From Chrysemys picta bellii (lineage: Eukaryota), in assembly GCF_011386835.1 (NCBI RefSeq), contig NC_088802.1, forward strand, positions 2,232,001 to 2,296,000: a stretch of DNA of 64,000 bases, given 5' to 3'. The position numbers and the translations under genes are program-made. Under the pieces are notes generated by a model. That model saw nothing but the letters and a program-made list of their open reading frames with translations, did no database searches and was not told the DNA's origin. Below, in pieces: positions 22,856 to 34,719 of this stretch; position 1 is the stretch's first letter; every line of letters begins with the position of its first letter.

Positions 22856-23296
22856 CAGGTCAGGGGACTCTCCTGTAGCTTCCAGCCAAAAGAAAGACCA
22901 GACAACACATACCCCTCCAGCCACACACCTACACACAGCAATATAGTAGAACTAGTCACACTTGTGTCCTTTTTATAAGCAAGTGGCTCCCAAGGCAGGC
23001 TGGGAGTTGGGAGCTAGGAATGCTGGGAATTGTAGTTTCTTCATCAGTTTGCAAAAGGCTCCATTTCTGATTGGCCAGGGAACGAAAGGGATCCGGGCCC
23101 TACCATCTATCTAATACATTGGTCTTTTCTGCTCTTCCCTATCCAGGATATTAGCTCCGCTGTGATTGGCCCAGCCCACCCAGACAGCTGGGTCTCAAGG
23201 TTCTCCTGGCCACACCCTTCTCCTCTCTGATTGGTCAGTTCTTTAGAGCTTGGGGTGCCTGATTGGTCCCAAGGGGGGGTGTCCCAGCTATTTAAA
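22856..23296. promoter_or_regulatory. Divergent promoter of cassette A (minus-strand exon 1 plus galectin promoter)
   Basis: Minus TATAAAA at 22977-22971 and minus donor CTG|GTAAGG at 22856/22855; SBS GAATGCTGGGAATTGTAGT 23018-23036; ATTGG at 23070, 23118, 23165, 23230, 23262; plus TATTTAAA 23289-23296. Confidence 0.7.
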
Positions 23297-23369
23297 GCTC
23301 ATGGTTGGGTTAAGCCCCTATGGTGGTTGGTGCTGTGTGTGGTGTTGTGTTGTCTCTGGAGTAGCTGCA

Positions 23370-25775
23370 ATGGAGTGTGTGAGTTGTGGGAGTAGAGGGG
23401 TATTAAGGTTGGTTCTTTGGGGGGTGGGATGGGAGCTGTGGGAAGAGGTTGGTAGATATATAGGGCAGGAGGTCTGGTGGTAGGGGGTTGCTGGGTACTG
23501 GGGATATCTTTAATTCCTCTCCCTGGGCTGGGGGGGGGGCTGGTTGACCCCTAGTCCTGCCTCCTATCTGTATGGGGGAGTTGAGTCTGTCTCCTGGTAG
23601 CCAAGCCCCACCTGGTGACGGGGAAGCTGTGAGATCCCTGAGGTTGGGAGAGGGTGATTCCCTCTTCTAGGCCTGAGAGGGTCATGTTGAGGTGGGGGCA
23701 GGTGTAGTGGGCTGGAGGGGTCACAGCTTTGTTACCTGCAACCCTATGTGAAATTCATCTTCCTTGTTTGCTCCCCACCTGGTGCCCCCTAGAGGGGACA
23801 GGCCCCATTCCCTGAGCCAGCCAGTCCCTGCCCTGGGGCTGGATGGGTACTGGTGCCCCCTAGAGGGGACAGGCCCTTGCCCTATTCCCCCACCCCCTTG
23901 AGCCAGCCAGTCCCATGCCCTAGGGCTGGGTTGGGGCCTGTGCCCCATTCCCTGCCCCCTGTGGGGAGGGGTGCTGGGGGGTGCTCACCTCTCCCCCTTT
24001 CCCCAACCCCCAGGGGATGGTTCTGACCCACTTGAAGGTCCAGCCTGGTGAGTGCATTGCTGTGAAGGGGATGGTGCCACTGGATGCCAAGAGGTGAGTG
24101 TGGGCTGACGGGCATGGGGAGGGAAGGGTTAACCTGATCCTGGGGGGGGAATGCTGGGGTCCCCCTGCCCCCCAACAGCACAGTGGGGGACTCTCTGGGA
24201 CCCCAGGATGGGGCTCAGCCCCCCACAGGGGGCAGCATCTCCCTGCAGACCCCTCACCCCCTGGGTCTGCATCATCTCAGCCCCCCTGAATCCTCCAGGG
24301 CCCCCCTGCCTCAGCCCTGACCCCTTTCAGGGGGAGCTGTGGGGATGGGGTGTGTGCCAGTGGATTCCCCCATGGGATGGGGGGCTGGTCTCCTCAGGAC
24401 TGACCCCTGGGGTGTCCATGGCCCCAGCACCTTCTCTGTGGGGCTGGCTCTCAGTCCCCTGCATGGGATGAGCTCAGTGGGACAGAGCCCCACAGACTGT
24501 GGGGCCTGGGCTGCAGGGGGACTGGGGCTGGCGTTGGTCCCCTGATGCTCCTCTCCACCCCAGGAAGGGGCTGGAGGGTGGCAGAGAGGATGCTGGGAAA
24601 GCTGTGCCATAGGCTGGTGCATTGTGGGAAGCTCCCAGGTGATGCCCAGCAGGTGACCCTGCTGCTGAGGATGGTGGGAAACTGTCCCACAAGGCAGCAG
24701 GGCTGTGGCTTTAGCCCAGGGGATTCTGGGAGACCTGCCTGTGACCCAGAGCCTGTGGGGGTGACAGCAGGGGATGCTGGAGAATTCCCATGATGCAACG
24801 CATGTCACTGCAGGGGGCTCCATGATGCAGCACTGTCCCAGAGGATGCTGGGAAGCTTCCCACAATGCACCAGTGCAATAAATTGAGCAGAGGGAATTCT
24901 GGGAGATTCTCCCATGGTGCAGGGGGTGATGGGGAATTTCCCATGATCCCCTGTGTGGCAGAGGGGTGGCTGGAGGCTTCCCACAATGCAAAGTGAGTGG
25001 CTGTCCCTGTTTGGGGGTGGGTGGGGGGCTGGGGAAGCTGCCTGGCCCAGGTGGGGGGTCCCAGCCTGTCTCTCTCCCCTCCAGCTTTGCCCTGAACATG
25101 GGCCGGGCCGGCTCGGACCTGGCCCTTCACTTCAACCCCCGGTTCGAGAGCCATGGGGACGCTCGCATAATCATCTGCAACTCGCTGCAGGGCGGGGAGT
25201 GGGGGGAGGAGCAGCGGGAGCCGGACTTCCCCTTCCAGCCGGGGCAGGATACCAAGGTGAGGGGGGGACTGTCCAGGGGAAGATCACAGCTCCCATTCAT
25301 GATGTGAGATGGGTGGGGGGCAGGGCATTGTGGGGTGGGGGGAGAAGGCTACCCTCAAAGAGAGGGATCTACCATCTGTGGGGCACTGTCTGGGGAAGAC
25401 TGCAGCTCCCATTTGCTGGGGTCAACTGAATGGGGGGGAGGGGAGGCAGGGCACTGTGTGGGGAAGATCACAGCCACCCCATCTCAAGCAGATGAGTCTA
25501 TTGCAAGTGGGGGATGTCTCAGTCCTTGTTGGGATCAGGGGAGGGGGGTGTAAGGTTGGGATGATATTTAACCCTGTAGGGGGCAGGTGTCTCTGGCTCC
25601 ACCCCTCACCCTCTGGCTCCTCCCCCAGATCTGCATCTCCTTCGATGCCCAGGAGCTGACGGTGGCGCTGCCGGGGGAGCAGCAGCTGAAATTCCCCAAC
25701 AGGCTGGGGCTGGAGGCCATCGAATTCTTCTCAGTGGAGGGAGACTTCAGGGTCAAGTCCATCAAGTTCAAGTAG
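23370..25775 (+). CDS. Galectin-1-like prototype galectin, copy A, 135 aa
   Basis: Exons 23370-23378 (MEC), 24014-24093, 25085-25256, 25629-25775 = 9/80/172/147 nt, the LGALS1-type structure; sugar-binding residues H44 N46 R48 H52 N61 W68 E71 R73 all present; AATAAA 25828-25833. Confidence 0.95.
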
Positions 25776-26560
25776 CTCCTCCCCTTCCCCATGGCTCCAC
25801 CCCCTCCATGGGGGGTTAAAATCTACCAATAAACATGAATCTGCTCATCACCCTGTGCTGTCCCTGGGCTCGTTATTCACCCCAGTGCAGCCTGGGAGCT
25901 GGGATTGGGGCCTGGCCCATGGGAGCTGGCTGGGTGGAGCTGGGCAGGCAGGGGGCACTAGACCCCAGGGGGGTGTGTGTGTGTGTGGGGGGGGGGATTC
26001 TCCTTTGGGGACATGAATCCCTCTGGGATTCATACAGGGGAGGGGGGGAATCTAGGGGTGCAATACTAGAACATTGCCTTGTGGTTGGGAGCCAGGACTC
26101 CTGGGTTCTCTCCCTCCAGAGAGGTTTCCCCTGCCATGGCAGGGAGAGGACAGGGGGTGTCACACCATTTTTCACCTTCTCTTCCACGTTGAATTTTTAT
26201 CTTGACTGTCTCTCTGGCTAGTAGGCGCATGAGGTGAAAGGTCCTATTTCCCCCTTACCCTAGAGCCAGCTGCTGGCCTCATCCTGGGGCCAGATTAGAG
26301 CTAGGCCACCTATGGGGGAACAGGTCCCATTGCCTAAACCGGCTGTTCTCATGCTGGAGTCTGTGGGCCCAGGGGGTCCATGGACACTGCACAGGGGTCT
26401 ACAAAATAGTATGGGGGGGAACCTCACTGCTCACATGTGTTCAGAGCAGATGCATGGGAGGTGGGGGTGTCATCCTCTACATTTGTGCCTTCCATTAGCC
26501 CCTGGTGCTGATGGGGGGGGGGGGGGGGGGGCAGAGCAGGGGGGTCCCCTGGGTGAGCTT

Positions 26561-26675
26561 TGGGTGACCAGACAGCAAGTGTGAAAAATCAGGGTGGGGG
26601 TAAGGGGAGCCTATAGAAGAAAAAGACCCCCAAATTGGGACTGTCCCTATAAAATCAGGACATGTGGTCACCCTA
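26561..26675. mobile_element. Short hAT-type MITE
   Basis: TIRs GGGTGACCA / TGGTCACCC. Confidence 0.6.
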
Positions 26676-26836
26676 GGCTAGCTGCTGCCTGCTCCTGGAG
26701 TCCATGGCTTTGAGGCCACCTCTTAAGGCTGTGGCAGGGGGGTGGGAGAGAATATCTTCTGCAACAATGCTGGAATTCTTGGTGGGGGGCCCCCCCCCCA
26801 ACCCAGACAGACTGGATCATCTGCTGAGGTGAGTCG

Positions 26837-27380
26837 TGTTAGCCAAATGGGCTCGTTTCCCCCTGGAGCTGCCCAATTACCCCAAGGAGGCACGGGAGTC
26901 TAGAAGACGGCTTTAAGTTTTTATTGACCAGTCAGCTGAGTGGGTGCTCTCCTTGGCTAATGCCAGAGAGAGAGAGCCCCTTACAAGTACAGAGCAGCCT
27001 TTTTATACCTAGCAACAAACAACTTAGCATGCATACCTTATACGTATATGCGGAAGGAACATTTCAAAGGGCCTTGTATGCAGATTGAGAGAGGGGCAAG
27101 GGAATGGATACATAACAGGATGCGGTTTAACATTTTACTTGAACTTATCACCTCTTTCCTTAGCACCCCCCTCCTCTCCCCCCTGCACTCCACTCTGAGG
27201 CATATGTTAGACTAAAATAGCAGTGCCTGTCTGTCTCACCTAGGCTGGTGGTTTGGCCACCTTGTCTTATCGCATAATCTTGCTGCACAGAGGGCTGCAG
27301 CGGGTGTTTTGCAGAGACAGCCGTTGCTCCTGATATAACAGCTGGGCTTATAAGAAAATAGTTGACCTGTTGCTCTAACA
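26837..27380 (-). repeat. ERV1 3' LTR
   Basis: Direct repeat of 33425-33968; no mismatch seen by eye. Confidence 0.95.
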
Positions 27381-27413
27381 GGATTCTCCCCCCTTAAAAG
27401 CATTTTGAGAGCT

Positions 27414-29059
27414 TTATGGCCCCCAATCTTCAGCCTTCACTGGCTGGTACAGTGCTATCATTTGCTGGTATGCAATTTGATTAGTCATTCGTCTGATCAG
27501 TGCCACTATACAGGGAGCAAAGCAAGCTAGGATTAATAGGGTTACAATAAAGAGTACAAAGAGGAGGAAGCCTTTTCGAAGCCATCCCAGTTGCGGTAAC
27601 CAGGAAGTAACCCAGTCCATATTCCACCCTCCCCAGGTTTGGACGGGGACATGGGTTAACTTTCTCATTTCCTTTGTTAGCTGCTTTACCGCTTTTCCAT
27701 TATCGTCAATTTGTAAGCAGCAATTAGACTCATTTAATTTTGCACAAACCCCTCCTTCCTCCGCCAGTAAATAGTCAAGGACTATATGGTGCTGATAGAT
27801 TGCACTCCTCATTTGGGTTGATTGATCGGCCTAGAGATCGAGAGCTGCGGCTGTTTGGTTAGTTAAGATTTCCAAGACAGCCTGTAACCTAATTATTCGA
27901 TTTAGGTTATAAATAGGTTCTCTGGCCCCGGATAGTAACTCATTGGGATTCCAAGTGGCCGGTCCATAATGTTGTATAATCCTTTCGGGTGGCCACTCCT
28001 GAGCTCCCCACTTTTGGGAGCTTCCGGCAGTCAGGGTGGAATCCACAAACCACCTTTCTCTAATTAAATCATCATATACCTTAATTCCCAATTTATTTCC
28101 TGCATCTGGGGTAATAGAAAGAACAAGGGTCTTATATATCCAACATAACATATCCCAGACCAATTTGGAGGCAATCTTCGGTAGGCATAGGACCCGCAGA
28201 TCCAATAATGGCCCTTTAGAGCCCAGGTTCCATTAGCAAAGGGGCCATCCCAGGTTTCCTCGTTCTCGTCGTCCTTTAGATGGTCAAAATATAAAGGATT
28301 ACCTGGCCCTAAAGGTCCCCCCACCATCCCATCAGCTGAGTTGCAATAATTACATCTCCACGCCCCAGCTCCTGCTTTCCAGACACAATCGCAGCCCCAT
28401 TTTGGCTGTTTGGTGTTAGACCAGAATTGTTTAAAACCCCATACTCGAGTTCCATTCTGATTCTGCCATGCCCATTGAAACCACCGTACCACGTGGTCCT
28501 TACTAGTGGTATTGTCTAGCTGGCAACTCGGGAATAGGGCATCGAAGAACCCATCCCGTCCTACCACCCTGCAACCTTCGGTTGTAGGGTAGTATTGTTT
28601 GGAGCATTTCACCCAAGTATTATTGGTGAGCCTCACATGGGTCTGGTTCCATCGCCCCTGATATCTAGAACAGTCACACGGGCGACAATAAGGGTCCCAG
28701 CAGTCAAACCCTGGGGATAGAGTCCAATCACACTTGCTTTCTCCCAAGTACACTCCCTCCCGCCTTGTTCGATTAAGGCAGAGAATACCCATTCCAGAAG
28801 AATAAAGTCGCCAGGGGCTACTATCCTCAGTCCAAACTCCCGTTCCATCGTGGACTATACTCAAATTGCTGAGCCACCATTTGGGCTGTACCGGCTGGGC
28901 TACCCAAGGCCATTCATTTAATTCCCCGGGGCCTCCACACACCCAACAGTTACTGAGGTTAAAGGATTTTGCTATTGTCTCCCCCAGCTGTAAAAACCTA
29001 TTTTCCCAACCATAATAGTGGTGGAAGTACATAAACAAAGATATTAACAATAATTTCAT
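27414..29059 (-). pseudogene. env: ERV1 env (ERV3/HERV-I-like), one frameshift and one nonsense codon
   Basis: CWVCGG; WPPERIIQHYGPATW; immunosuppressive domain YQHHIVLDYLLAEEGGVC followed by a CX7CC motif; TM GFLLFVLFIVTLLILACF; frameshift near 28100; TAG at 27833-27831. Confidence 0.9.
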
Positions 29060-32034
29060 TATCTTTTTCTAAACAGTTCCTTTAGTCCGTCCAGTTGCTG
29101 ATACTCACAGGTGGAGTCTTCACCTGTGCCACCCCGGGCGTCCGGAGCCGGGGCGGGCAGAGGGCCGGTGTCCTCTTCCACTGGTTCAATCTCCGGGTTA
29201 GGGTTCAGAAACCGCTTTACCCGTGTATGGTGTGCCCATTTGTCACTCCCAAGAACTTTAACTGCAGCTTGGCTGATGAGCGAGACAGTGTGTGGGCCAT
29301 CCCACCGTGGTGTAAGGGGGTCACGCTGCCACTTCTGGAAAGGGTATGTGGCCCATGGCAGGCCTCCCATTGGGGTGGAAGGGCCACACCCCTTTTGGTT
29401 GGTTCGTTGACAAACAGGGCAATTACTAACAATTCTCTGGGCTTCCATGTGCATGCCCAGCCCCTTAAGGGATTGGGTGGCCAGATCAACCATTGCCCCT
29501 GACCCCATATGTCCCTCCTTATGTATGTGCCGAAGAATTTTCTGAAGCACTGTTTGGGGGACAAAAATCTCCCCCCCTGGTAATTTCCACCATCCAGAGG
29601 GAACCTGCCGGGCCCCCGCAGCCTGCGCGTGGCACACTTCCTCAGTTGTGTATTGAGGAGGGGAGTTTTGAACTTCTGTATCTTGAATCAAGAGGAGCCA
29701 TGAGGCCCCTTCCCGTGCGGCCTCCTTTGCGGCCTGATCAGCCAATTGATTATATCTACGTTGTTCGGCCTCCGGGGCCCTTCCATGGGCCTGCACATGT
29801 ATTACGGCGACCCGGAGGGGAAGCATTAGGGCCTCAAGAAATGTTTTGATGAGACTCCCATGTGCGATTCTTTGACCTGACGCTGTGATAAATCCCCTTT
29901 CTCTCCACAGGGTCCCGTGAGCATGTACCACCATGTAGGCATAGCGACTATCAGTATACAGGTTAATAGTTTTCCCGGTCCCCAACCGGAGAGCCTCAAT
30001 AAGAGCCACTAGTTCCGCTGCTTGGGCGGACAAATTAGGACTAAGTTTAAACTTGTATACTTCTTTGTCCTTAATTACTACTGCTGCTCCGGTATACCTT
30101 TTTCCATCTATCACATAACTGGACCCGTCAACGTATCCCTCAATTTCAGGATTGGGCCAAGGCAAGTCTGAGAGGTCAGGGCGGGGCTTGGTTTCCTGTT
30201 GTAAAACCTCAATACAGTCATGAGTGGGACCAGTCTCATGGGAGACTCGAGGATCGGGCAATAGGGTAGCTGGGTTGAGGGAGCTAACTGTCCTAAAGGT
30301 TAAGTTAGGGGCTAGTAAGAGCCCTACTTCATATCTGGTATGTCGGCTGGGATTTAGATGCTTTTCCCCAGCACCTGTCCCCAGTATTTGAGGCACCCCG
30401 GGGGGAACCAGAACCTCAGTGTTCCCCCCCAGGGTCAACTTTTCAGCCTCCTGTACAAGAAGAGCGGTGGCTGCCACGGCCCGTAAGCAGGCGGGCCACC
30501 CCTTGGCAACAGGGTCCAACACCTTTGAGTAATATCCAATGGGTCGCCAGGTTGGTCCCGACCTTTGACATAGAACTCCAGAAGCTACCCCTCCCCTTTC
30601 ATGAACGTATAGGGTAAATGGTCTCCAGGGGTCTGGCAGGGCTAGAGCGGGAGGCTGAACCAAGGCCTCTTTTAGCTCTCTAAATGCTTTTTCCATCTCT
30701 CTGGTCCATGTCCAATGGAGCAGACCTTCTTTAGTTAAATATTCATACAGTGGTTTGGCTCTTCCCCCGTAGTCAGGGATCCAGAGCCGACAAAAGCCAG
30801 TCAATCCCAGGAAGGCCCTTAATTCTCGGGGGTTCCGGGGTTGGGGACAATTAAGTATCACCTGGATTCTTTCTTTACCCAGACTACGACTTCCCTGACA
30901 CAAATAATACCCAAGGAAAGTGACCTGCTGCTTAACCAGTTGTGCTTTTTCCTTTGAGACCTTATATCCCTGTGCCCCAAGGTAATTAAGGAGTTCTATA
31001 GTTTGCTCTTGACAGGCTGCCTCTGTTTCAGAACTTAAGAGCAAATCATCACAACATTGGACTATGTTACATGAAGGGGGTTTAGCCAGGAATGGGGCGA
31101 GGTCCCTTCTTAACTGGCAACCAAAAATCTCAGGTGTAGAGGTAAGTCCTTGTGGGACAATGGTCCAAACGTATTGAGCTTTGTAGTGAGTATCTGGGTC
31201 CTCCCACTCAAAGGCAAACAGTCTCTGAGACTCCAGATCAAGGGGGATGGAAAAGAAGGCATCTTTTAAATCTATAACAGAGAACCAACTGTGATTTTTG
31301 GGAACTTGGCCCAGAATAGTATGGGGATTCGGGACAACTGGATAGGGGGCCTCTATTAACTTGTTAATCTGTCTTAGATCCTGGACCAACCGATACTGGC
31401 CATTAGGCTTAGGCACTCCCAGTATCGGAGTATTGTATGGGGACGTACCCTCCCTGAGCCATGTATACTGCAGAAACTTTTGAATCAGAGGTTTTAACCC
31501 GATTCTAGTGGTCAACTTAAGAGGGTATTGTCGAATTCGGACCGGCCTGCTTCCTTCCTTGAGGGAAATATGCACTGGGGAAGCATTCCGGGCCCGAGCG
31601 ACGCCTCCCTCCTCCGCCCAAACCTCAGGGTTAACTCCTGCCAATTGGCTCCCTCCATTCCTTCCCGGAAATTCCGGGGACTGATTTCTAGCGCTTGTCA
31701 GGGCCATCTGGTAATTGGAGGAGTGCTGTTTAGGAAGTCTAACTTCCATAGTCCCATTGTCGAATGAGATTTCTGCCTGCACTTTAGTAAGGATATCTCG
31801 ACCGAGGAGCGCGATGGGACAAGAGGGACTGCAAACAAACTGGTGGGAGATTTGACAGTCCCCTATTTTCACTAGAAGAGGCAAAGTTTTTTTTTTTTCC
31901 AAAGATGTAGTTTGTCCCTCTATGCCTTGGACCATGGCACGTCCCCGGGCTCTACCTCGGGGAGCCTTATTCATGGGGAGCAAACTAAGGGTGGCCCCAG
32001 TATCAATAAGGGCTTCAATTGGGCGGCCCTCCAC
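29059..32034 (-). pseudogene. pol: ERV1 pro-pol, open frame but RT motif altered and integrase core deleted
   Basis: Protease LIDTGA; RT with QCCDD in place of YxDD; RNase H YVDGSS/AELVAL/YTDSRY; integrase HHCC joined directly to C-terminal PRWDGPHTV. Confidence 0.92.
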
Positions 32035-32039
32035 TTTAA

Positions 32040-32150
32040 ATTTAACCGTGAGATCCAGACTGGCAACTTGCGCCGCCAGGAGGGGCCGCTGGGTCCCCCG
32101 GCCCCCCTTTCCTCACATCCTTCTCTCAGGGCCATGGCTAAAACACGGGC

Positions 32151-32181
<31 letters not shown>

Positions 32182-32655
32182 CCGAGAATGGGACATTCTG
32201 TTGTTTCCAATTATAGAGATCACTAGTAGTAAAGGGGACATATATCATAGTGAGGTCACCACCGGGGGTTACAGTTTCCCGCAGTGGACACAAATAATTC
32301 TGTCGCAGGGGCCCTTGGATTACCGGGCCATTAAGGTCTTAATACTTTGTGATTTACATTTCTGCAACCATAGGGGAGGATTGGCCACGAGGTCCTGCCA
32401 AATATTTATATGGGGATATTGGTTCCTATGCCCATCTCGGGTCACAATGGTATGTACTGCTTGTACAATCTCTGGTTTAAGTGTTCCTCCCTCGGGCCAT
32501 TCTACCCCAAATGTCGTCCATTCAAGAGTACAAAATTTTACAAGATTGTCTTTACATAATACAATTCCATAATCAGCCTGGCGTCTAAACGCCTTCCAAT
32601 TTTCCAACATACATGCCAGGGGTGTCCCGGAGAAGGTGCTTTGTCCGGACCCCAT
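32040..32655 (-). pseudogene. gag: ERV1 gag remnant (MA, start of CA, large deletions)
   Basis: MGSGQS..EWTTFGVEWPEGGT (MA); YVPFTTSDLYNWKQQN (CA start) followed by an A tract and the CA/NC end. Confidence 0.85.
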
Positions 32656-33405
32656 GATGCTTTATCCAAAGTTTTCTCTCTTTTTTTTTTTTCCTTCGAA
32701 ACAAAAATATCAAAAGGGAAAAGGGGAAGGTATCAGATATCCACTGGGTCACGAGGTTTGACTGACCCCCCTTGCAATCAAGATATCCTGGTCACCGGGT
32801 TTCCCCTCGCAGGAGTCTTGGGGCGGCTGAAGTCAGTTTAGCCTCAGACCTGTCAGTGGCACTCATTCAGCTTTCACACAGATCTTTTAGTCAGTTACAA
32901 TCTCAGTTTCCAACACATCATTAAAAAGAAATACAGAATTACCCATCCCAGAAACAAGAGTAATCCCTGAGATTACTCCAAGTCCCCACAATTATTACAA
33001 ACGACCCATAGATTTGTGGACTAAGTTACATTAGTCATTGGCCATTACTCTTTAACGAAAAACACAACAACAAGACATTTACAAAACGACAATAACGTTA
33101 ACATACCTTCCCGTATACAGGCTGCCTAGGGGATTTCCACCATGTCCGACCCACACCTCGGGGGCGTTATTCCTCAAACCCGGGAGGCAAACGCACTTTC
33201 CGCCCGAAGTGGCCGCGTCCGGCAGTCAGACTTCCCCTCCTTCTGAAGCCGTCTTGCTTCCGTGTCCTTCAGAGTTCTCTTCAGAGAGGACGCAGCCGCC
33301 CCGGCCGATTGTGACGATCTGAGGCCCGAGCAAACCAACAACTCGAGGTGGCCACTCCTCAGGATCGCCCTCGGCCGCTGGTCAGCGCCCTCTACAGGGA
33401 GAGAA

Positions 33406-33423
33406 GTCCCATCTGGGGTGCCA
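33406..33423 (-). other. ERV1 primer-binding site, tRNA-Arg(CCU)
   Basis: Plus-strand GTCCCATCTGGGGTGCCA equals the recalled 3' 18 nt of vertebrate tRNA-Arg-CCT; 1 nt from the 5' LTR. Confidence 0.85.
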
Positions 33424-33424
33424 T

Positions 33425-33968
33425 TGTTAGCCAAATGGGCTCGTTTCCCCCTGGAGCTGCCCAATTACCCCAAGGAGGCACGGGAGTCTAGAAGACGGCT
33501 TTAAGTTTTTATTGACCAGTCAGCTGAGTGGGTGCTCTCCTTGGCTAATGCCAGAGAGAGAGAGCCCCTTACAAGTACAGAGCAGCCTTTTTATACCTAG
33601 CAACAAACAACTTAGCATGCATACCTTATACGTATATGCGGAAGGAACATTTCAAAGGGCCTTGTATGCAGATTGAGAGAGGGGCAAGGGAATGGATACA
33701 TAACAGGATGCGGTTTAACATTTTACTTGAACTTATCACCTCTTTCCTTAGCACCCCCCTCCTCTCCCCCCTGCACTCCACTCTGAGGCATATGTTAGAC
33801 TAAAATAGCAGTGCCTGTCTGTCTCACCTAGGCTGGTGGTTTGGCCACCTTGTCTTATCGCATAATCTTGCTGCACAGAGGGCTGCAGCGGGTGTTTTGC
33901 AGAGACAGCCGTTGCTCCTGATATAACAGCTGGGCTTATAAGAAAATAGTTGACCTGTTGCTCTAACA
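33425..33968 (-). repeat. ERV1 5' LTR
   Basis: Adjacent to PBS; minus TATAAAAAG and AATAAA. Confidence 0.95.
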
Positions 33969-34719
33969 GTCGGGAGGCTGGAGCTGGTGCTCCTTCCCCA
34001 AGCTCTCAAATGTTTGGGGGTGGGGTGGGGTGGAGAGGACCATTTGAGGGGGAGCAGGGAGCTTGATCAAGGTGGGTGAATTAGCGCTGTCTGCATGGCT
34101 GCCTTTGTTGGGGAAACTTGTGCTGGTGAGGGGTGTTTCCCCCTCCCCTCCACCCCTCTGACCAACATAATGTTTTACTGATCAATGGGCTAGTGTAGAC
34201 ATAGCTTTAGTAAATGCTGGTTAACTTTTCTGGATGGCCCCCTGCAGACAAAGCCTGAGGTAAATGTACTCAGGCCTCCTCAGGGGCAGATTGTAGTTTT
34301 TTTATTATGAAACAAGCCACTAGAAGAACTTTTAAATAAGAGAAATAATTTACAGGGTTTTACAAAAGCACAGAGGGAATATTCCACATCCACCACCCAT
34401 GCACAATACCCCAACGCTTTCATTGTATCTAGCCCAACACCCCATTCCACGGGCTAACAACCACACACGTACAGGCAGGGGGCTCAAACTATTAACCGTG
34501 GGCATCCCTCAAACTGGACCCCTGAGTGTTAGTGTTTTCTACATCTGGCTGCTCTGCCTCCCAGCTGTTGTTAAGCTTGTCCCTTGGCTCTCACAGCTCT
34601 TGGATGGAACACAACATGCAGCTACGATGTTCTGAACTTTTCCCGCTGCTTCCAGCATGTCCCCTAAACAGCGTCATCTGCCCATCAGGTGGCCCAATGC
34701 ACACTTGCCCACCATCCAG

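Larger units (their letters stand above)
26837..33968 (-). mobile_element. ERV1: class I (gamma/epsilon-like) endogenous retrovirus, defective
   Basis: Two 544-bp LTRs (TGTTAG..CTAACA), 4-bp TSD GTCG (26833-26836, 33969-33972), PBS, PPT at ~27381-27395, gag-pro-pol-env order on minus. Confidence 0.97.

Noticed and set aside
24311-25099. 262-aa minus ORF and its 214-aa counterpart at 61984-62628
   Set aside because: Galectin intron 2 repeat-like sequence; the two copies do not keep a common frame
33406-33423. tRNA-like sequences here and at 52577-52594 and 40800-40858
   Set aside because: Primer-binding sites and a SINE head, not tRNA genes
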